64,000 nucleotides of DNA, from NCBI GenBank assembly GCA_009914755.4, contig CP068257.2, forward strand, positions 20,000,001-20,064,000, written 5' to 3'. The notes beneath the pieces were generated by a model, which ran no database searches, was not told the DNA's origin, and saw only the letters and a list, made by a program, of their open reading frames with translations. The translations under genes were made by a program, and so were the position numbers. The stretch's first letter is position 1. Each line of letters begins with the position of its first letter. This DNA is from the human T2T-CHM13v2.0 reference genome, Homo sapiens. Shown here piece by piece: positions 55,601-64,000 of the stretch.

Positions 55601-58600
55601 AACATCCAAGACCACCCAACCCTGATCAAACAAACAAACCACCTAGCCAAGTAACAGTCAAAGAAAATCTTGTTGTTTTGTTACGTGCTACTAATTTTTT
55701 GAGGGAAATTGCGGGGCACATTGTGACGTAGCAAAGGTTAATTGATATAAATACCAACCAGGTTATTTATCTAGTTAACGTCATTGATATTATAATCTAG
55801 ATGATTACAAAATCTCCAATTCATTGAAAAAAGATGTAACTTTTGAGACCAGTAAGACCTGACTTTGAATCTGGAGCTTGATACTTTGCAGTTGCCTGAC
55901 TCTCATCTCTTAATTTTGCCGCACTTGATTTGGGCCCTAAGAAAAAAATGGGAACACAACCTTGTACAGCTTTTGTAGATGAAATAAACTTTATAAATAA
56001 AATATATTCAGCATATACTACATGCTCAACAAACTATTATTATTTTTATTAATTACATGTCATTATTTAGACATCATGTAATGTACTTATTCTGTTTTTT
56101 ACATTTATATTATTATTCTTATTTTTAATATTTTGCTGTCAAAGCTTTAGAGCTTAGTATTGAGATTCTCAACTGTCATTAATTACATTTTTGAGCATTT
56201 TAATAACATCTTATGGAATTCCAATCAGCGTTGCAATTCCTAGAAAAAAAATGATTATCTTGCTTCCTTCCTTGTATATGTACCCATAGTTGATCTTTCT
56301 TTCCTGGCAGAACTGTGGGGAAATTGAGTGGCCTTTGAAGGCATTCATGACAGCATCTGTAAAAGATTTACAGCACTTAATCTGTCAGAGATTTGTCCTT
56401 AGAATTAAAGAGCAGTAGGATATCTTTAGACCACAGGTCGCATGCTTAGTTACATTCAAAATATCTTGTAAAATTAGTTTCAATGTCATCATACTAATGC
56501 CTATGTCAGCTTTTTAAAAACAGTGGCAATGATATACAGCCACCTAAACTTTGACTGGAGACTATAAAATAGATGGAGTGGTCAAATTTAGTCTTAAGTA
56601 ACCTTTTATTCAATGACAGTAATTACTTATTTGAACCTTTAATTCATTTAAATTTGCTTGAACTTTCAAGTGACTACCCACGTATTTTCCATTTTGACAG
56701 ATAAAATTCAATGACTAATATGTAGAACAACCTACCTAATGCTTTGGTGTGATTGACAGTTAAAAATCATAAAGCACCTTTTCCTCTGACAGATTTGAAA
56801 AGCTAAATCTTTAATAAGATCAATTTACATTTATTACTTTTTTCACTATTTTTACAGAAACATTCTCCAAAATAACAATTAATGCTCCATGAATGAGATT
56901 CAAGAGATTTGGGAAAACATGAAAATGTCTTGTATATATACACTTTGCTTGTGAGAATTCCAAAGTTTTCATCATTTTTAAAGTTTTTGTGTGTGTGACC
57001 CTGGTGAAATTACAGTCACTGCTTTAATGACATTGTAAACATCTGTTAATCAAATAACAAGTGATCTTACCAAAAATATATTACAAATGTATCGCTCCAG
57101 TGAAAGAATCATATAGAAATATTCTTCTTAATTTTTCCTCCCAAATGTTTTTCTCTAACTCACTTGCATCGGTTATAATGTATGGACATATTCATTGACA
57201 TAAAATGGATGTATTTATTGAATAAAATCCTTTGAAATGGTTTGCTTTAAGCGGGCTGCTAAAAAAAATCATGTTTTAGTTTTACATTTGTATTTTTGTC
57301 ATTTCTCGTAGAGCAGATGACAAATCAGCCATCTATTGGCTCACTATCCCGAATTTTGGAATAGTGACTTTGTCCTTGAACACATTCTCTGAGATTGTGG
57401 TAGTGCAGCCACATTTTCGCCCAGAACTAATACTCAGAAAGTCGATGGAATTGCACTGTTTTTGAGAGCTTTCAGTCAGGTTGCTATGGGAGTGATTATA
57501 AGGAGTAAAGCTTCCTATGGTTTCACTGAACTATTTGAACAGACTCCCTCCCAACTTACTTGCCATCTCTCTGTTACTGTATTTATCTTAAAGTCTAGCT
57601 CTATACTAACCTGAAAAATCTTGCTTTAGCTATAGAACCACAACATTCTTTCTAAGTTTATCAATTTAGACTCCTTTAACTTGGAACCAGTGGTCATCCA
57701 GATACAGAATAGATGACTTATGGCAGATTTGTTTAAAAAAAAATTAAAGCAGGTATAATGATATCTGCAATTAACCTGTAATTTCTGTTTTTGTAGTTAT
57801 TACTGGCTGCCATTTTTTTTTTTTTACTAATTCTAATTACAGGTTGTTCTCAGATTTTATCAGTAACGCTTGACCAATTTACCATAAATGATGATTATTG
57901 AGATCCAGTGTCACTTTCTAATCCAATAGATCTTGGATGTAGCCCAGGGATATGCATATTTTATGCGTTTCCCCTAATGAGTCTGCCTCTGGTTTTCGGA
58001 AGATCCTGGTTTGAGAAAACTGTTTGAGAATTTAAGTTGGGTCTCTCACCTAAGAGACTGTTTCTTTTCCCTAACCTTCATAAATTGCAGTCAGCAGATA
58101 TATCCAATAAATCTTGTACAATCATGGAGAAAATTTAAGGCATACTTTTAGAAATGAGGATTCTTGTTTTTGTATGTAAACTTTCATGCTGTTTATGTCA
58201 CCATTCTCCCTACTTCTATTTTTTTTCCATGGATATTCAGGTTTATTATTATTTAGAATCAGAGGATAGTACAACTGGAAGAGACATTTATAATGATGTA
58301 ATAATGCCTCAATTACATATGAGAAACTTGAGCCTAGAAAAGATATGACTTTTACTTAAAAAGTAATGACTTTTATAATGTCATTTACCTAAAAGTTATA
58401 TATAATAATACTAGTTTTATTAGTAAAGATAGATTTACTGGCACTTATTTTAGTGCTATTTTTACCAGATATTTTTAGGATCTTGCTATTAGAACTTTGT
58501 TCAGTGATAAAATTTAATTTTACTTTTAATTATGGAGCAATACATGCTTGTTGTAAAAGCACGAATATTTCAAATATTCCACAATAAAGAGAAAATAAGA

Positions 58601-58664
58601 AGTAAGTAATGTTTCTTAGTTTTCCAATGTTAGTGTTCAGAGATAAAGTATATTTTCCATACTT

Positions 58665-58822
58665 TTTTTTTTTTTTGAGTCAGAGTCTTGCTCTGTGGCC
58701 CAGACTGGAGGGCAGTGGCATGATCTCAGCTCAGTGCAAATTCAGCCTCCAGGGTTCAAGTGACCCTCTCATCCCTCAGCCTCCCAAGTACCTGGGATTA
58801 CAGGCCTGCAACACCACATCCC
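58665..58822 (-). mobile_element. 5'-truncated Alu (right arm only), antisense
   Basis: Poly-T then gagtcagagtcttgctctgtggcccagactggagggcagtggcatgatctcagctcagtgcaaattcagcctccagggttcaagtgaccctctcatccctcagcctcccaagtacctgggattacaggcctgcaacaccaca. The match then stops. Confidence 0.8.
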
Positions 58823-61800
58823 TTTTCCCAGGCAGTGTTATCACTTTGTCAAGCCCATGCTCTTCCATACTACAGCAGGTAATAAACTCCACTTTTGGTG
58901 ATGAACAGGCTATTCTGATGGTCTTTGGGGAGCCACATTCTATATTTTTATGTCATATTACTACTATAATATTAAAAAATAATCATGTATAAGCCAAATA
59001 ATTAGTAAAATTAAAATTTTCCTGATTGTGATCAAATATTTCATTAGGCTGTAATGGTTTCCTTTTTATTGTCTAAGATTTCTTCATTTGGTCTCATTTC
59101 TGCAATGCAAATTATTTTGTAACCAATTGTTAATTCACAATAGTCCGCAATTAAGTAGTAAGTTCTTTTTATCATTGTTGAAACAGTTATTACAAAGAAG
59201 TTGTCTGTAGATGTCTTCTAAAGTTTCCAAATCTTACTTCATAAGCTATCTTTTTTCCTCTACACCAGATATTTAATTTTTTCTTTTATGCTATAGCTTC
59301 TAGGTTGTTAATTTCTGAATTGCACAAGGCACACGAATAATTGAACTTCACATCTCCTACTAAATTATTCTATGTTAATAACTTAGTAATAACAAGTGCA
59401 ATTACTTTAGCTATTCGTGAACACCTTCCACAGCTTTCAACAAGAGGACTTATTTTTAAGACTTTTTTTAATGCTAAGCATAAGAAAGATTATATGTAGG
59501 GTAATTAATGTCTAATTGAGTTAGGCAAACTCTAAAATGGCCTCCAATAATTCTCACTTCAAGACATCCACAGCCTTGTGTTATATGTTCTGCCTGAGTA
59601 ACTTGCCTCTAGCCAACAGAATACAGCAAAATTGAGGAGATGTCACTTCTTGGATTAGGTTACAAAAGATGGTGTTTTCTGAATTGCTAGTACACTTTCT
59701 CAATTACCTTCTCAACTTGCATGCTTTGATAAAGCAAACTTCCCTATGAGAGAGGCCATTATGGCACAGAAGTGCCAGCAGCCTCAGGCCAACAGCCAGC
59801 AGAGAATAGAGGCCCTCAGTCCAATAGTGTGTGGAGCAACAAAGTGCTGCGACATTCACTGAGCAAGTTTGCAAATGGTTTCCTCCCCAGTTAAGACCTG
59901 AGTGAGACCACAGATCCTAAACCAGCATCTTGATTACAGTTTCCTGGGAGACAGTGAAGCAGAGGACCTAGCTACAGCATAGCTGGATTGTTGACCCATA
60001 GAAACTGTAATGTAAGTATGTGTTAATTGCTAAATTTGGGGGTAATTTGTCATTCATTCATCAGTGACTAATACACTCATGGATGAATTAAAACCTTTTT
60101 TTGGGTTTCCTCTGATGCTCCTCAGCTTCTGAGTGTAAAGATAGTTTAAAAAATTAGGCTTTCTAATGTCAGAGTCTTCATGATTTAATCATTTAGAAGT
60201 CATAGTAATCGGTTTTATTTGGAACAGATAGAGCTCTTAACTGATTAAACAGAAGGGGAATTCTTTGGTTTTCTTTTTATTTGTCTCTTGATAGTCCATG
60301 GAAGTGCTGAGGACAGGAGAGCCACGCTGGAGAGAAAGTTTGCTAAAGCACAGAAGAGGATGCTAAGGAAACTTCTCCAGCTTTGCTGCCTGCTCTGAGC
60401 TCCGGAAGAAACTCCCATAGCCAGTGCAGACGCTGATACAAGAAGGGGCTCAATTTTCAAATAACAAGAGCCTTCGAAAGGTGGACATATGCTTTCTTTT
60501 ACCAAATCATCCCCTCCAAATTGAATTATCTTGTGAATTTATCAGACTAGTAAAGCCAACGTTCTATCTCTGAATCTTGAGTCCTATAGAAGCTGATATT
60601 TTCAGTATTTCTGAGTTTCATCTCTTGGGATGATGGGACTTGTGAGGATAAAAAATTATCCCAATATAACCATAATTAAAAAAAATAAATAAAAGCACAA
60701 ATTTAAAGAAATGAGAACACATGTTGCTAAACCTGTATTATGTTGTTTAATGAATAGCTACTAAGGGAAGAAATGAGGTGGTTGACCAACATCTAGAAAC
60801 AGGGTATTATTTCACCAACTATAAACATAATTCGTATAAGTACATTTCCAAATCGTTCCACATTTCCAGTTATTATTCTGAGACTGGAAGGAGGAGAAAA
60901 AGCCCTTTCATTCCAGACTAAAGGAAATTCCCACACCTAATAATGTACACTTGGAAAGTTGTTCAAATTTGCATTTTTGAAGAAGCAAAGGAAGTCAACA
61001 ATGTAAATCTACATCTAAAAAATGTAAATATTCATTTAAAAAGGAGAAGCTCAGTAAATAAGGTAAAACATATATCTGAAATTCAAACACATATTTGAAA
61101 AGGAAGTGAATCACACTACTTAGAAGAAAAAGGAATCTAACACAAAAGAACTAAAAACTGTTAAAGATGTCGTTTAATAGTTTAGCTTCAGGTGTCATAA
61201 CATTCTGTTAATTATGGATGGGTGGTCCTCCCTCATTACCGGACAGGCAGAAAACATTGCTGTTGTCAACTATAAAAACTCTCATATGATATAATATATT
61301 CATACCATAATCTAGTTTTCTAGAAAATGTTAAGTAAGGTAGCTGCTCTCTGTCTCCAACCCTGGAATATGTGTTCCTCTTCTTGCTTCTTATATCCACT
61401 TTAATTGTTAAAGTAAAACTGTGTTATATTTTCCTGTTTACTTCTCTAGAATTCGATTTAACTATAAATTATTTTAGGACACAGAATGGTTCTCATTTAT
61501 TCTCATTTATCCTTATAACCATATTTGTTACCAAAACCTGAAGCAAAAGTTCACAGGTGCTACACAGATTTCTGTGGAAAGTAAAAATGTGACTCACCTG
61601 ACATTTTCCATACATTTGATAAACTAAACCATGTCAATCTATGAAATAAGAATACCAGAACTTTTTTAAATTATAAAATCTATAGAAGAGAAAAATAGTA
61701 CTTAATAAGTGATATATTAAATGCATTAGATTTTAAGATGGTGATTAACATTAGATTAAAATGGAAATACGAACTTTGGAAATCAGTTCTTAAAATAGAA

Positions 61801-62320
61801 CTGATCTATTCAAAGGAATAGATCAGTTTTTGAAAACATTTGGTATTCATAATTATTCGACCGAGTTTAGCCTAAAGCTGCCTCCTCACATACTTTAAAT
61901 TCATCCTAAAGATTTTCCTGTATACTTAAGTGGAGGTGTAAACAGACTGTAACCTTTTGTGCCAATCACCAAATTTTGGCTAACTAAGGAGGACCAATTG
62001 TTTAAACCATGTCCAAATGAGGTAAAAGCTGTAACCAATCCGGCTGTTTCTGTACCTCATTTATGTTTTCTGTCTATACTCATTTTTCCTTTTTCTGTCT
62101 ATAAATCTTCTTCCAATGCATGGCTGAGCTGGAGTCTTTCTGAGCCTACTCTGGAACAGGAGGCTGCCCTATTCACAAATCATTCTTTTTGCAAGAAATT
62201 CAACTCTGTTAAATTTCATGTGGCTAAAAACTTTTTAACATAAAAAAGGCATATATTTTTTTCTAATTGCACAATTAAGAGATTTTAAAAAATTTAAGAA
62301 CATGGGTTGTCTGAAACTGA

Positions 62321-62675
<355 letters not shown>

Positions 62676-62956
62676 TGCAATATTATTTTTACATAGACGT
62701 TATATGCTAGCATTGGAATTGCAATGCGAGTGGTAAGGAGGGACTAGTGGAAAGAGGCCAACCATGCCTATAACCAAAAATCTAGTAAACTTGGGGTGTT
62801 CAGGGAAATAAAAAAACAATAACCGAGGTTTAACTGCAATGGTGGAACTACTGGGTATTTGTGTTATAGGATAGTTGGGAAGGATAGAAATATGGATATA
62901 GAACGCACATAAGGCTACCTCTCCCTTATAAATGTCTTCTTAAAATGTAGAGGCTC

Positions 62957-63341
<385 letters not shown>

Positions 63342-64000
63342 TTAATATATATCATTATGTTTTAAAATTGTCTTATTTTCAAAGAAAATAAATATTTCCT
63401 TTTTTATTTCTTCATATATTTACTGAAGAACGTTAACTGTGAGTCTAGGTCAAGTCCCAAAGATACCATCAAACTTACCCTGAGTTTATTGGTTACTAAA
63501 GCAAAAACTATTATTACCTCTGTAGAGTCTTGGTAGCATATGGGGAGGAGAGGTTATAGTTATGATACTTACAAGAGTTCGGGACTGTTATAAGGTAGAT
63601 TTTTAAAATTAGTATCTTAATCAGCATTTGCAAAAGAATGATTTACAAATAGTGCTCAAAGTGAGTTGAGTTGAACATTTTGATGTGAGATTCAAAATAC
63701 AACCATCTATTTCTCTGAGAAAAGAATGATGGCCGTGACCGTGCAAGGGGTCTTGTGTTTGGATAAAAGGAGATTCAGACAGTTCTTAAGCAATGTTATT
63801 TGCAATTTCATCTTGCAAATGCTTTTTGCAATTTATCTGTCTGGATTAGAAATTTCTTGGAATAATAGAATCCCACCAATGTAGGTTTTTAATTAGAAAT
63901 TTAACTTACTGCAACCCTTGAGCTTTGTAGCTGTAGATGGTTTTAGTTTGCACATGCTATCATAATATATAACTTTATGGAACTAACTCTCTATAACAGG

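Overview
This window is primate (human-like) nuclear DNA, not a prokaryotic locus. It is AT-rich and CpG-depleted, and I cannot support any protein-coding exon, rRNA, tRNA or CRISPR call from the sequence. I see no evidence of a novel biological system; this looks like an ordinary gene-poor intergenic or deep-intronic TE landscape. Six-frame ORFs are therefore uninformative here, and almost all of them fall inside repeats. About half of the window is recognisable interspersed repeat. There are nine Alu SINEs, several of which (AluY-like) carry intact 12-17 bp target-site duplications (TSDs). There are five copies of THE1/MST-class ERVL-MaLR retrotransposons: two full-length LTR-int-LTR copies in direct orientation 4 kb apart, two partial copies, and one solo LTR. 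I also see several older MLT1-like LTRs and a large, nearly full-length old L1 in antisense orientation (about 43.7-49.3 kb). Two young L1PA-type insertions lie only 2.5 kb apart, and both carry 5' inversions of the twin-priming type with recognisable TSDs. Older L1 fragments, two copies of a Tigger1-derived non-autonomous DNA transposon, and a pogo/Tigger-like transposase N-terminal remnant are also present. Outside the repeats, the items most worth a second look are a head-to-head inverted Alu pair with a 282-bp spacer, the unusually dense MaLR cluster, a small CpG-enriched patch near 55.0 kb, and one weakly exon-like segment near 60.3 kb. All repeat family names below are from memory of consensus sequences, not from a database search.
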